Source: Candidatus Midichloria mitochondrii IricVA
GTDB lineage: Bacteria; Pseudomonadota; Alphaproteobacteria; Rickettsiales; Midichloriaceae
Direction of reading: 5' to 3'
Length of the DNA stretch: 32,000 nucleotides
Assembly (NCBI RefSeq): GCF_000219355.1
Contig: NC_015722.1
Location: 30,001-62,000 of the forward strand
Part shown: in pieces, positions 1 through 9,359 of the stretch
Layout of the letters: every line of letters begins with the position of its first letter
Numbering within the stretch: the first letter of the stretch is position 1
The notes under the pieces: model-generated
What the model was told of the DNA's origin: nothing
What the model saw: the letters and a program-made list of their open reading frames with translations, nothing else
Database searches by the model: none
Position numbers and translations under genes: made by a program

Positions 1-1
1 T

Positions 2-148
2 AATGGTGGATATTTAAGGATAATCAAAGCTGGTTTTAGAAAAGGCGATTGCGCTCCTATTGCTGTTATAGAATTTGTTGATAGAGATATAACGGCAAAA
101 AAAGGTAGAGTTATTCCTAATCAAGTTCAAAGTAATATAGCTGAATAA
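2..148 (+). CDS. rplQ: 50S ribosomal protein L17, C-terminal 48 codons (gene begins upstream of the window)
   Basis: Frame 2 reads [48 protein letters not shown], then TAA at 146-148. The GGY.RI.KAGFR.GD.AP.A.IE.VDR block is the conserved L17 C-terminus. Confidence 0.8.
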   Translation, partial: NGGYLRIIKAGFRKGDCAPIAVIEFVDRDITAKKGRVIPNQVQSNIAE

Positions 149-347
149 AGCATTTTAATTTGAACATAAAAGCACAGTATAGCGAGTCTTTTTATACCTT
201 AGCTAAGTTACCAAGGTGTGTGCCAGCGCTGTGAGCTTGTTTTAACTTCCTAGTCTTATATGGCTTCTAAAAGGTTACAGCTTGCGAAAGATTAAGTTTA
301 GGGCTCGAATATAGTAGTGTTGGTGTATGGTTTAATAAGCCTTATAT

Positions 348-643
348 AACCTCAGTTTGACGTAAGGAGTAGGGCCCGTGAGCCTATTTTTCCATTAGAT
401 ATATTGGGTTTGAAGACATAAGCCAAGAGCCCTGAGAAAGAGGTCTGCCAAGAAATTGTTTGGCGAGCGATGCCGTGGTGTGCTGGATTTGGCAAATCTC
501 TTTCAATTCTCCGATGGCTGTTTCAATCAATCCACGCCCTGCAAGAAGCAGTTGTTTAAAAGCCGCAAGCGGGTTTTGTTTTTCATGTTTTTCTTAAGCC
601 GTGGGTGACGAGCTCAATACCTTGATTGCTCAGTGTTTTTGTT
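348..643 (-). mobile_element. IS982-family element, 3' (right-end) fragment of about 296 bp, cut off by the neighbouring IS982 copy
   Basis: Begins with the terminal repeat aacctcagtttgacgtaag. The minus strand encodes the transposase C-terminal region (GLIETAIGELKEICQIQH..RHRSPNNFLADL..AY.F.P) and is near-identical to 6579-6850 and 25756-26030. It stops at cagtgtttttg, where the left end of the next copy starts. Confidence 0.85.
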
Positions 644-1259
644 AACCCCAGTTTGAGGTAAGTTTTAAAGAAATTATCTGATATGGCTTCAAAGAGGCTG
701 TGTAACCATTAAGTTTCTCTCAATTTCACGATAAATAAGGAAAGTGGTTCCCCTAGTAGAAATATTTTGTTTGATTGATGATTTTTGCAAGCGACAACTC
801 ACGTACCAAAGATCCTTAAGAAACTCGCAGAGACAAAGGGAACGAGAGTCTGGGATGATGCTTTCCGAAGTTATAACGATCCTCGTTTTGTTTCATTTGA
901 GGGCATTACCGGATTCAAAGATTTTTTACCTAAACTGTTTTCAAATCTCTCTCAGAGAGGGATTGCCGAAGCTTATCAGCTACAATCGCTTTGTTGAGCT
1001 GGATGCGAGACGCGGTCATCCCGTTGGTCATTCTGCTGAATTGCTGCAAAGGGAAACAAACAGGTACGTTGACTCAACAAAAAGCTGGAAGGTTTGTCGT
1101 AACTTACGTACTAGCCGTAATAAGGTCTTTAAAGGCATCGCTTGCCAACAATTTCTTGGCAGACCTTTCTTCTCAGGGCTCTTGGCTTATGTCTTCAAAA
1201 ACCCGGTATATCTCATGGAAATAGGCTTGCGGGCCTACTCCTTACGTCAAACTGAGGTT
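644..1259 (+). mobile_element. IS982-family element, internally deleted non-autonomous copy of about 616 bp with both termini
   Basis: Left terminus is ttaaccccagtttgaggtaag and right terminus is cttacgtcaaactgaggtt (imperfect 19-bp inverted repeats). The transposase N-terminus is MVPLVEIFCLIDDFCK...MLSEVITILVLFHL. The catalytic middle is missing: the sequence jumps from ..LKASL to NNFLADL. The 221-aa track ORF 744..1409 is a chimeric read-through into the next element, not a real gene. Confidence 0.85.
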
Positions 1260-1403
1260 TTAATAAGGCATTATCTAGCTAGTTTTAATCGAAGGACAAA
1301 GCGCTATAGCAAATTCCTGAGGATGCTTTGCGCTACTCTTACCCTCTTCTTCCATAGGCATTTGCCGGATTTGAAACTTCTATCTATAATATTAGGCAAT
1401 GCC
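1260..1403 (+). mobile_element. IS1-family element, terminal 3' fragment of about 144 bp
   Basis: Encodes ..LIRHYLASFNRRTKRYSKFLRMLCATLTLFFHRH, which matches the IS1 InsB C-terminal pattern (N..LR..LARF.R.TK.YSKS..ML). Ends in the terminal repeat tctataatattaggcaatgcc. The same 144 bp recurs at 21695-21839 and, inverted, at 2964-3108. Confidence 0.75.
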
Positions 1404-1648
1404 AAATGATATTGGATCTCAAAGAGCAGACTCTATTGAGCCAAAAAATTGCAAAGAAGATTCTCATAAAAGGGTAAAAAAATTTGATTTGTCTTCTTGG
1501 CAACTAAAAAAAGTAACCAGGTACCCTTAGGTATTTTAAAGTGGCAATAATTTATTCTCTGTTAACATACTGATATTGATGCTAATATGGTGCAAAGATA
1601 AAATGGGCTTGCTTTAAGTTTATTGATAATCTATAAACTCTATAGTAA

Positions 1649-2953
1649 ATGCGTGACTTTTTAATATCATTTATTATGAATACAAGTAAATTAGCTATGT
1701 TTGTAGCATGTTTAAATATGTTGGGTATCTTTGCCAATGCTGAGTACACTGAATATAGAATTAAGGATGCTATTGAAGATGCGAAGCTCAACAATCAGGA
1801 ACTGCAAATTATAGATAAAAACCTTTCGGTAAGAAAGCTGGATAGATACAGAGCTGTTTCAGGTTTTTGGCCAGTAGCTGGGGCTGAAGCTTCGAAAACT
1901 GAAGGCAGGATTAGCCCTACTGCCACTACAAATTATCAAGATTTTAATAGTTTTGATAATGCTTTGTATGTTCAGCAAGAGTTGTTTGCAGGAGGAAAAA
2001 CTTTAGCTCAAATGAAGATAGCAAACAGCACTGTGAATGCTGCAGAGTTGGATTCCTATTCTAAAACTGCCAATGTATTTTTAAAAGTTATTGATGCTTA
2101 TCATGAAGTGATCTTAGCGCGCAGGATTTATAAAATTAGCCTTAATAACGAAGAAGGAATGCGTAATAGATTAGAGCAAATCAAAACCAGATTCAGAGTT
2201 GGTGAGGTGACTAAAACGGACGTGTCGTGGGCTAAACATAGTTTGGCTAAAGCTGTTACGGAAAAAGAAAAGGCTTTTGGTGATATGAAAACCGCCGAGG
2301 CTAATTTTGCATACATAATTGGTAAAGTTCCGGGTCACGATCTAGTTTATGTACAAGCAAGTAAAATCAATACTCCAAAAGATTTTGAAACCTTTGCAGC
2401 TGCCGTAAGACAAGCCAATTTAAATCTTAGGATTGCTCAAGAACAATTGCACACTTCTAAAACTTTAGTTGCGGTTGCTGCTTCAGCATTGATGCCAGCT
2501 GTCACTGCTAGAATGAGCGTTAATGACGGTCAGTCATCTGGCCAAAAAGGTAAAACTTATGCGCTGAGAGTATCAATGCCGTTATTTAACGGTAATAGCT
2601 ATGTTGATATAAAAGAGGCGAGATACAAAGCTAGAGGAGCCGAAGCAAGTTTAAACAATACGTTAGGCGAAGTGGAACAAAATATAGTTCAAATATGGAA
2701 TCAGAATCAGGTGGCAATCTCTCAAATTAACTCAGTAAAAGAGGCGCTCGCTGCTGCACAGGAAGCGCTGGAAGGAGTGCAGCAAGAATACAAAGTTGGT
2801 ACAAAAACCACTCTAGACTTGCTAGACTCGGAACAAAGACTGTTTGAAGCACAAATTATCCAGGAAAAAGTTAACAAAGCTTTAGTTATTTCAGCATTTC
2901 AAATGAAAGCATTGATGGGCGAGTTACATTATTTTGATTTTCAAAATCTATAA
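1649..2953 (+). CDS. tolC: TolC-family outer membrane efflux/type I secretion channel
   Basis: 434-aa intact ORF. It has the two-repeat OEP architecture with long coiled helical segments, e.g. YRAVSGFWPVAGAEASKTE, LFAGGKTLAQMK, FRVGEVTKTDV, EYKVGTKTTLDLLDSEQRLFEAQ. A signal-peptide-like stretch MNTSKLAMFVACLNMLGIFANA suggests the true start is the ATG at 1676. Confidence 0.85.
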   Translation: MRDFLISFIMNTSKLAMFVACLNMLGIFANAEYTEYRIKDAIEDAKLNNQELQIIDKNLSVRKLDRYRAVSGFWPVAGAEASKTEGRISPTATTNYQDFNSFDNALYVQQELFAGGKTLAQMKIANSTVNAAELDSYSKTANVFLKVIDAYHEVILARRIYKISLNNEEGMRNRLEQIKTRFRVGEVTKTDVSWAKHSLAKAVTEKEKAFGDMKTAEANFAYIIGKVPGHDLVYVQASKINTPKDFETFAAAVRQANLNLRIAQEQLHTSKTLVAVAASALMPAVTARMSVNDGQSSGQKGKTYALRVSMPLFNGNSYVDIKEARYKARGAEASLNNTLGEVEQNIVQIWNQNQVAISQINSVKEALAAAQEALEGVQQEYKVGTKTTLDLLDSEQRLFEAQIIQEKVNKALVISAFQMKALMGELHYFDFQNL

Positions 2954-2963
2954 TAAAAAAATT

Positions 2964-3567
2964 GGCATTGCCTAATATTTGATAGATAGAAGTTTCAAAT
3001 CCAGCAAATGCTTATGGAAGAAGAGGGTAAGAGTAACGCAAAGCATCCTCAGGAATTTGCTATAGCGCTTCATTCTTCGATTAAAACTAGCTGGATAGTG
3101 CCTCTTAAAGAATTCTTTGATTCTACAAATGAGGTCTCAGCTTTTGTTCTGTGATGGTGCGTGGAGATTTTATAGTATTCGTAAACGCTGTAATCATCTG
3201 TACATGCTCAATTTATAACGTTCTTCAAAGCCTAAATGACAGGTTCAGGTGGGTTGCCTTGCTTCCGTCACCTACCCTTCAAAATCAATAATTTCACCCG
3301 CTCCTCTATCAACAGCAATCCATATAAAGGTGTACTCCCACTTCCAATTCTTTGGTCTTTTTTTATATATGTGCACAGCTCGTCAATCTCTAGGACCTCG
3401 ATATCCTTAAGTGACTTTGTGCTGTTGCAGCTCTTATCTAACTTTTCTTGCACATAGCGCCCCCCCGTCCTTCGATCCATGAAGATATTTGGCTGTTATG
3501 GATTCCAGTCAGTCTCTCTATCGTCCTAATTCCACACTCCTCAAGGTTAGGTTTTAAGTCTATCATC
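2964..3567 (-). mobile_element. IS1-family element, 5'-truncated copy with a decayed transposase
   Basis: Starts 10 bp after the tolC stop with ggcattgcctaatat (right terminal repeat, inverted). The minus strand gives EVLEIDELCTYIKK.., then frameshifted W.W..LIAVDR-like and ..YTD-like blocks typical of IS1 InsB. It is collinear with 7611-8065 and diverges after gtctatcat near 3567, so the InsA-like 5' end and the left repeat are missing. Confidence 0.8.
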
Positions 3568-3666
3568 CGTTTTTAAACGCCCTATAATATAAATAATAAG
3601 TTAAAAGCTTTACAAAATATCTGCCTGCATTTAGTATTCGGTCTGCATAATTAGTAAAAATGATTT

Positions 3667-4644
3667 ATGGCGGAAAAGAAAGTGAACATTAGTGCAAACG
3701 ATTTGCATAGATACTATGAAGATATGTTGTTGCTTAGGAGATTCGAAGAGAAAGCAGGGCAGCTTTATGGTACGGGACTAATTGGCGGTTTTTGCCATCT
3801 TTATATTGGACAGGAGGCTGTTGCGATTGGCATTCAGGCCGCATTAAAGGATGGCGATTCCGTTATAACGAGTTATAGGGACCACGGTATTATGCTTGCA
3901 ACCGGAAGTGAGCCTAAATATGTCATGGCTGAACTTCTTGGAAGAGCAACTGGACGTTCGAAAGGAAAGGGTGGCTCTATGCACATGTTTGACCCAGCAA
4001 AGGGGTTCTTTGGTGGGCATGGAATAGTAGGGGCTCAAGTTCCAATCGGGACAGGCTTAGCGTTTGCTGCTAAATATAATAATACTGATAATGTTTGTGT
4101 GACTATATTTGGTGATGGCGCAGTTAATCAAGGTCAAGTTTATGAATCTTTTAATATGGCAAAACTCTGGGACTTGCCTGTTATATATATAGTTGAGAAT
4201 AATGAATATGCCATGGGCACTTCAACTGCTAGAGGTTCGAGCGTAACAGAATTTTTTAAAAGAGGGGAGCCATTTGGCGTACCTGGCAAGCAAGTTGATG
4301 GTATGAGCTTCTTTGCAGTGTATGAGGCTATGAAAGAGGCTGTTGAAACTGTAAGGAAAAAAATCTCTCCGTTACTGCTGGAAATAAAAACCTATAGATA
4401 TAGAGGGCACTCCATGTCGGATCCGGGTAGATATCGTTCTAAAGATGAAGTGACTAATTATAGAGAAAATAAGGATCCAATTGAGCAAATGAAAAGTTAT
4501 CTGCTAAAGGGTAATTTAATCAATGAATCCAAGTTAAATGATATAGAAAAGAAAGTGAAGGGAGTTGTGGAAGAAGCAGTAAAATTCGCGCAAGGAAGCC
4601 CAGAACCTGAAATTTCAGAACTCTATACAAACATTTATAAATAA
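3667..4644 (+). CDS. pdhA: Pyruvate dehydrogenase E1 component, alpha subunit
   Basis: 325-aa intact ORF. Contains MLLLRRFEEKAGQLYGTGLIGGFCHLYIGQEAV, the ThDP-binding GDGA.NQG...E..N motif, and YRYRGHSMSDP. Confidence 0.95.
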   Translation: MAEKKVNISANDLHRYYEDMLLLRRFEEKAGQLYGTGLIGGFCHLYIGQEAVAIGIQAALKDGDSVITSYRDHGIMLATGSEPKYVMAELLGRATGRSKGKGGSMHMFDPAKGFFGGHGIVGAQVPIGTGLAFAAKYNNTDNVCVTIFGDGAVNQGQVYESFNMAKLWDLPVIYIVENNEYAMGTSTARGSSVTEFFKRGEPFGVPGKQVDGMSFFAVYEAMKEAVETVRKKISPLLLEIKTYRYRGHSMSDPGRYRSKDEVTNYRENKDPIEQMKSYLLKGNLINESKLNDIEKKVKGVVEEAVKFAQGSPEPEISELYTNIYK

Positions 4645-4659
4645 TTTAAAACGAAATTT

Positions 4660-5643
4660 ATGGCACTTATTACGATCAGAGGAGCATTAAGAGATGCGAT
4701 GGCTGAGGAAATGGCAAGAGATGATAAGGTATTTGTGATAGGGGAGGAAGTTGCGGAGTACCAAGGAGCTTATAAAGTTACTCAAGGTTTATTAGAGCAG
4801 TTTGGCCCTAAAAGGGTAATAGATACTCCAATTACTGAACATGGATTTGCAGGCCTTGCGGTGGGAGCAGCTCTTGCAGGACTTCGGCCCATAGTTGAAT
4901 TTATGACCATGAACTTTGCAATGCAAGCCATTGATCAAATTATTAACTCAGCGGCAAAAACTCATTACATGTCTGGCGGGTTATTAACTTGTCCTATAGT
5001 TTTTAGAGGTCCCAACGGCGCTGCGGCAAGAGTCGGGGCGCAACATTCACAGTGTTATGCAAGTTGGTATGGACACATCCCGGGCTTAAAAGTTATTGCG
5101 CCTTATTCGGCAGCTGACCATAAAGGCTTATTAAAAGCTGCGATTAGAGATAATAATCCAATTATGTTCTTAGAGAATGAAATACTATATGGCCATAGCC
5201 ATGAAGTTCCAGAAGGTGAGCATTTGGTGGAGATCGGAAAAGCTTTGGTATTAAAAGAAGGGAGTGATATAACTATCATATCTTTCTCAATCCAAGTTAA
5301 AAATGTTTTAGCTGCCGCTGAAGAATTGGAAAAAGGAGGAATTAGTGCAGAAGTTATGGATTTAAGAACTATTAGGCCACTTGATGTCGAGGCCATTGTA
5401 AATTCAGTAAAAAAGACTAACCGTATCATTGCGGTTGAAGAAAGCTGGCCATTTGCAGGAATTTGTTCGGAAATTGCCGCAGTTATTATGGAAAACGCTT
5501 TTGATTTCTTAGATGCACCGTTGATTAGAGTAACCGGTAAAGACGTGCCTCTTCCTTACGCGGCCAACTTAGAAAAACTTGCCTTGCCTCAAGTTGAGGA
5601 CATAGTCTTGGCTGCAAAACATGCGTGTCAGGGGTATAAGTAG
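4660..5643 (+). CDS. pdhB: Pyruvate dehydrogenase E1 component, beta subunit
   Basis: 327-aa intact ORF starting 15 bp after pdhA. Contains [41 protein letters not shown] and the transketolase-C-like C-terminal half. Confidence 0.95.
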   Translation: MALITIRGALRDAMAEEMARDDKVFVIGEEVAEYQGAYKVTQGLLEQFGPKRVIDTPITEHGFAGLAVGAALAGLRPIVEFMTMNFAMQAIDQIINSAAKTHYMSGGLLTCPIVFRGPNGAAARVGAQHSQCYASWYGHIPGLKVIAPYSAADHKGLLKAAIRDNNPIMFLENEILYGHSHEVPEGEHLVEIGKALVLKEGSDITIISFSIQVKNVLAAAEELEKGGISAEVMDLRTIRPLDVEAIVNSVKKTNRIIAVEESWPFAGICSEIAAVIMENAFDFLDAPLIRVTGKDVPLPYAANLEKLALPQVEDIVLAAKHACQGYK

Positions 5644-5680
5644 CAGTTTAGCTTGTTTGCTTTTCTTGGTGGGGCCCGGT

Positions 5681-5953
5681 CCTTACAATTGCAGCTTGCT
5701 GAGGGGCAAGGGGACGGAGCATTTTTCCATTGCAAAACTTGCTTTATCTCATAATTATCCTATGCTTGTTGCCTCCAACGTTTATGTGGGTTTATGCCTC
5801 AACTCTTTGTTTATACGCAGTATATATCTCCAATAAGAAAAGAGAGGATAACCAGACAGGGTTTCCTCAGCATGAATAGCTTTAGTATAGAGCGAGTTTG
5901 CCACGGTAAATATGGGGTCCGCCTCCCCCCATTTGCAACTTTCAATTGTAAGG
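5681..5953. repeat. GC-rich element of about 273 bp with roughly 36-38-bp imperfect terminal inverted repeats (MITE-like)
   Basis: ccttacaattgcagcttgctgaggggcaaggggacgga (5681-5718) is the approximate reverse complement of tccgcctccccccatttgcaactttcaattgtaagg (5918-5953). A related ttgtaaggcaggcca occurs at about 6106-6120. A degenerate homologue lies at about 25504-25735. Confidence 0.55.
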
Positions 5954-6423
5954 CTGGCCACAGAGCGAACTAGATCTGCAACAGTAAATCTAAAATATGA
6001 CTCGCATTCAATTGAGCATTTTTCAATTCCCTAGTTATATGCAGATATACTCTAGTAAATAAAGAATTGTAAAGCTTCCAGCAAGATACTAAGAGATGAT
6101 CCGTTGTAAGGCAGGCCATATATACTGTGGCAAGCTAGTTCTTTTGGAGTTGGGTAGTGCTGGTGTTTTTTCAGATAAATCAATATCTTGAGGTTTGTTA
6201 TTGCAAAATAATGTTAAGATGTTGTTGATAATTATTGACATAAATTAATAACAGCTGTATTCGCTACTGGGTGCGCTTAAATGGCGCTGTCTGTGGTTTC
6301 TTACCAAAAATAGCCTCAAATTTTAAAGAGGAGATGAAACTTGGCCAATGGGAGAGTTGTTTTCAAGTTAATCTCTTAAATTAACAATTGGGTATACAGT
6401 AGCTGTATTTAAGGAGTTTGATC

Positions 6424-6578
6424 ATGAGTAATGTTGTTTTTGCAGCGCCTGTAGTTTATGCACTGATATATCGCATTGCAGGAGTAACAATAGCTGACTT
6501 TAATCAAGATGGTAAACAAGATGTAGGGGTGATTATTAGGCAATCGAAGTGGAGCCTTTACAAGCAGCAACATATTAA
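6424..6578 (+). pseudogene. VCBS/FG-GAP repeat protein, N-terminal 51 codons only, truncated by IS982
   Basis: Reads MSNVVFAAPVVYALIYRIAGVTIADFNQDGKQDVGV... The DFN.DGK.D motif defines the repeat. The reading frame runs straight into the IS982 terminus at about 6579. Confidence 0.7.
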
Positions 6579-7519
6579 GACCCCAGTTTGACGTAAGGAG
6601 TAGGCCTGTGAGCCTATTTTTCCATGAGATATATTGGGTTTGAAGACATAAGCCAAGAGCCCTGAGAAAGAGGTCTGCCAAGAAATTGTTTGGCGAGCGA
6701 TGCCGTGGCGCTGGATTTGTCAAATCTCTTTCAATTGTCCGATGGCTGTTTCAATCAATCCACGCCCTGCAAGAAGCAGTTGTTTAAAAGCCGCAAGCGG
6801 GTTTTGTTTTTCTTAAGCCGTGTGATGAGCTCAATACCTTGATTGCTCAGTGTTTTTGCTTATATACCACCGATCTCCGAATAGAAGGCCTGTCAAATAT
6901 TGAGTCAGTTTTTCGACAACGGCTCGATCATCTGTATTACCCGAAGTCAGTGTGAATGACATAATCTCTCCTTGATCATTGAGGCCAAAGAACCATCCGG
7001 GTCGACGTTTTCCCACGCTGAGCGACGCCTTTAAGGACCTTATTACGGCTAGTACGTAAGTTATGACAAACCTTCCAGCTTTTTGTTGAGTCAACGTACC
7101 TGTTTGTTTCCCTTTGCAGCAATTCAGCAGAATGACCAACGGGATGACCGCGTCTCGCATCCAGCTCAACAAAGCGATTGTAGCTGATAAGCTTCGGCAA
7201 TCCCTCTCTGAGAGAGATTTGAAAACAGTTTAGGTAAAAATCTTTGAATCCGGTAATGCCCTCAAATGAAACAAAACGAGGATCGTTATAACTTCGGAAA
7301 GCATCATCCCAGACTCTCGTTCCCTTTGTCTCTGCGAGTTTCTTAAGGATCTTTGGTACGTGAGTTGTCGCTTGCAAAAATCATCAATCAAACAAAATAT
7401 TTCTACTAGGGAAACCACTTTTCTTATTTATCGTGAAATTGAGAAAAACTTAATGGTTACACAGCTTCTTTAAAACCATATCAGGTAATTTCTTTAAACT
7501 TACCTCAAACTGGGGTTAA
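6579..7519 (-). mobile_element. IS982-family element, near full length (about 940 bp), transposase multiply frameshifted
   Basis: Both termini are present (accccagtttgacgtaag ... cttacctcaaactggggttaa). Track ORFs 7230..7418, 6976..7377 and 6831..7172 are successive frames of one transposase: MVSLVEIFCLIDDFCK / GITGFKDFYLNC..SYNRFVEL / YVDSTKSWKVCHNLRTSRNKV / GWFFGLNDQGEIMSFTLTSGNTDDR..LFGDRWYISK. Confidence 0.9.
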
Positions 7520-7610
7520 CGAAAACACCTTCTCAGGGCTCTTTGTGTCTTCAAACCCGGTATATCTCATGGAAAAAACAGGCTCGCGGGACCTACTCCG
7601 AACTGAGGTT
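7520..7610 (+). mobile_element. IS982-family right-end fragment of about 91 bp (outer partner of the nested pair)
   Basis: cgaaaacaccttctcagggctc...ctactccgaactgaggtt corresponds to IS982 internal ..aaaacac joined by a deletion to the last ~80 bp including the right terminal repeat. The orientation is opposite to 6579-7519. Confidence 0.8.
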
Positions 7611-8280
7611 ATTAAAGAATTCTTTGATTCTACCACAATGATGTCCCAGCCTTTGTTTTGTTATGGTGCGTGGAGATTTTTATAGTATTCGTAAACGCTG
7701 TAATCATCTGTACATGCTCATTTATAACGTTCCTCAAAGCCTAAATGCCAGGTTCAGGTGGGTTGCCTTGCTCCCGTCACCTACTTCAAAATCAATAATT
7801 TCACCCGCTCCTCTATCAACAGCAATCAATATAAAGGTGTCCCACTTCCATTCTTTGGTCTTTTTTTATATATGTGCACAGCTCGTCAATCTCTAGGACC
7901 TCGATATCCTTAAGTGACTTTGTGCTGTTGCAGCTCTTATCTAACTTTTCTTGCACATAGCGTCCCCCCCGTCCCTTCAATCCATGAAGATATTTGGCTG
8001 TTATGGATTCCAGTCAGTCTCTCTATCATCCTAATTCCACAGTCCTCAAGGTTAGGTTTTAAGTCTATCATTCATAGTGTATTCTGCCGCTTATCACCTT
8101 CTCGGTAATTCTTTTTGCAATTCTTGCACCCTATTACCTCTTGCTGTCCCTATACCACACCATTCTTCACCTGCTCGCTAGAGCCGCAATATTTACACTT
8201 AATTGTCATTTCTACTCCACCCATTCTACTATGAAGATATCATACCATCTTGTTGCTGTCTATAATTACCAGGCATTGCC
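7611..8280 (-). mobile_element. IS1-family element, 5' portion of about 670 bp with left terminal repeat and InsA-like zinc-finger start; 3' end split off by IS982
   Basis: The minus strand starts ggcaatgcctggtaattataga (the inverted-repeat partner of ggcattgcctaatattataga). It then reads MTIKCKYCGSSEQVKNGVV(TAG)GQQEVIGCKNCKKNY, matching the C..C...VKNG....C..C pattern of IS1 InsA. This is followed by a helix-turn-helix-like GIRMIERLTGI and a decayed InsB (EIDELCTYIKK). Confidence 0.8.
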
Positions 8281-8902
8281 TGGAAGGGGGTGAATATTCA
8301 ATAGAATAGGAATGTTATTTGTGTTATAATTAGTATTAATCAAGCCAGGGGTGCTGTCATCTCTCCCTTGCCGATCAATAATGGGACATTATTAGAACTC
8401 TCGTTAGTGTTTGCAAGATCTGTTCTGCCGTCCACCATTTAAAATCAGCTCCAGTTATTGCATGAGGTCTGGGACCTACCCTATAAGTTACTGCAGAATT
8501 GGAAAGTACCATCTCCTTTATTGATTAATACAGAGGTACTACCAGGCGAAAGATAGGCTCCAACACTGCAAGAAATTGCAGGTTTAAAACTCCCATCTCC
8601 ATTACCAATCAATAACGAAATATTATTAGACATAGAATTGGTACTTACAAGATCTATTTTACCGTCATTGTTCAAATCAGCCGCTGTGATTACTGCAGGC
8701 CCAGATCCTAATGCATAAGAAGCAATATATTGGAAAGATCCACCTCCCATTACCATGCATAATCGTCACGACCCCGGTTTTGTTTCATTAGTCACCGCTA
8801 CATCTAGCTTTCCATCTCTATTAAAATCAGCAACTGTGGGCATTTGAGGATACGCGAAGCTCCCTCCATAGAATACAAGATTTTTGAAAAAATGTTACCC
8901 AT
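8281..8902 (-). pseudogene. VCBS/FG-GAP repeat protein, frameshifted and 3'-truncated by the IS1 element
   Basis: ATG at 8900-8902 (MGNIF..), then a shifted frame LVFYGGSFAYPQMPTVADFNRDGKLDVAVTNETKPGS(stop). Track ORF 8481..8756 follows (AADLNNDGKIDLVSTNSMSNNISLLIGNGDGSF). Further units run down to ..NTNYNTNNIPILLNIHPLP, which abuts the IS1 repeat at 8280. Confidence 0.75.
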
Positions 8903-9359
8903 CGTTCAACCTCTGAAAAAACCGATTAATCAATGCAAAGGTCAACCCAAAAACCAACACTCCCCCATTAGTCGGGTCACCTCGCCTTTAAAATTTTTGG
9001 GCTATTTTTGATGAACGCCATAGATAGCAACTTCGCTAGCGCTCCCAAATAACACGTATGTCAATAATTATTTAAAGAATTTTCGCATTAACCTAAGACA
9101 GTGTCATATTAACAAATATACCTCTTTAACTTAGAGCATTGATTATATAGAAACAAAAACACTCATTTTCTATTTTATAATGGGCTACCTTCCAGTACTT
9201 TGCGGGAAAATTACTTATCTTTCCCTCTTCATATTAAACAGGTACCGTTGAGCAACAAAAAAGTTTATATAAGCAAAAACGTAATTTTTATATTGACTGT
9301 CAGTACAGCAATTCTTAACAATATGTCTATTTATAACTACCTGATTAAACGAAAATTTT

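Noticed and set aside
150-347. Possible further degenerate copy of the GC-rich repeat or of the IS982 leader. Compare gtatagcgagtc with tatagagcgagtttgcc, and cttatatggcttctaaaaggttacagc..attaagttt with gatatggcttcaaagaggctgtgtaaccattaagttt.
   Set aside because: The matches are short and interrupted. I cannot distinguish them from chance by eye.
744-1409. 221-aa ORF that looks like the longest intact transposase in the window
   Set aside because: It is a chimeric read-through. It starts in the IS982 N-terminus, crosses that copy's internal deletion and several wrong-frame segments, and ends inside the IS1 3' fragment (..RRTKRYSKFLRML..). It is not a functional gene.
5103-5429. Antisense ORFs of 60-110 aa inside well-supported genes. 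Examples: 2128..2316, 3844..4038, 5103..5429, 15947..16165, 16390..16662, 17206..17448, 22453..22752, 23955..24146, 24637..24870, 28499..28735, 29145..29384, 29631..29882.
   Set aside because: Each lies wholly within a conserved gene on the opposite strand and has low-complexity composition with no recognisable motifs. They are typical shadow ORFs.
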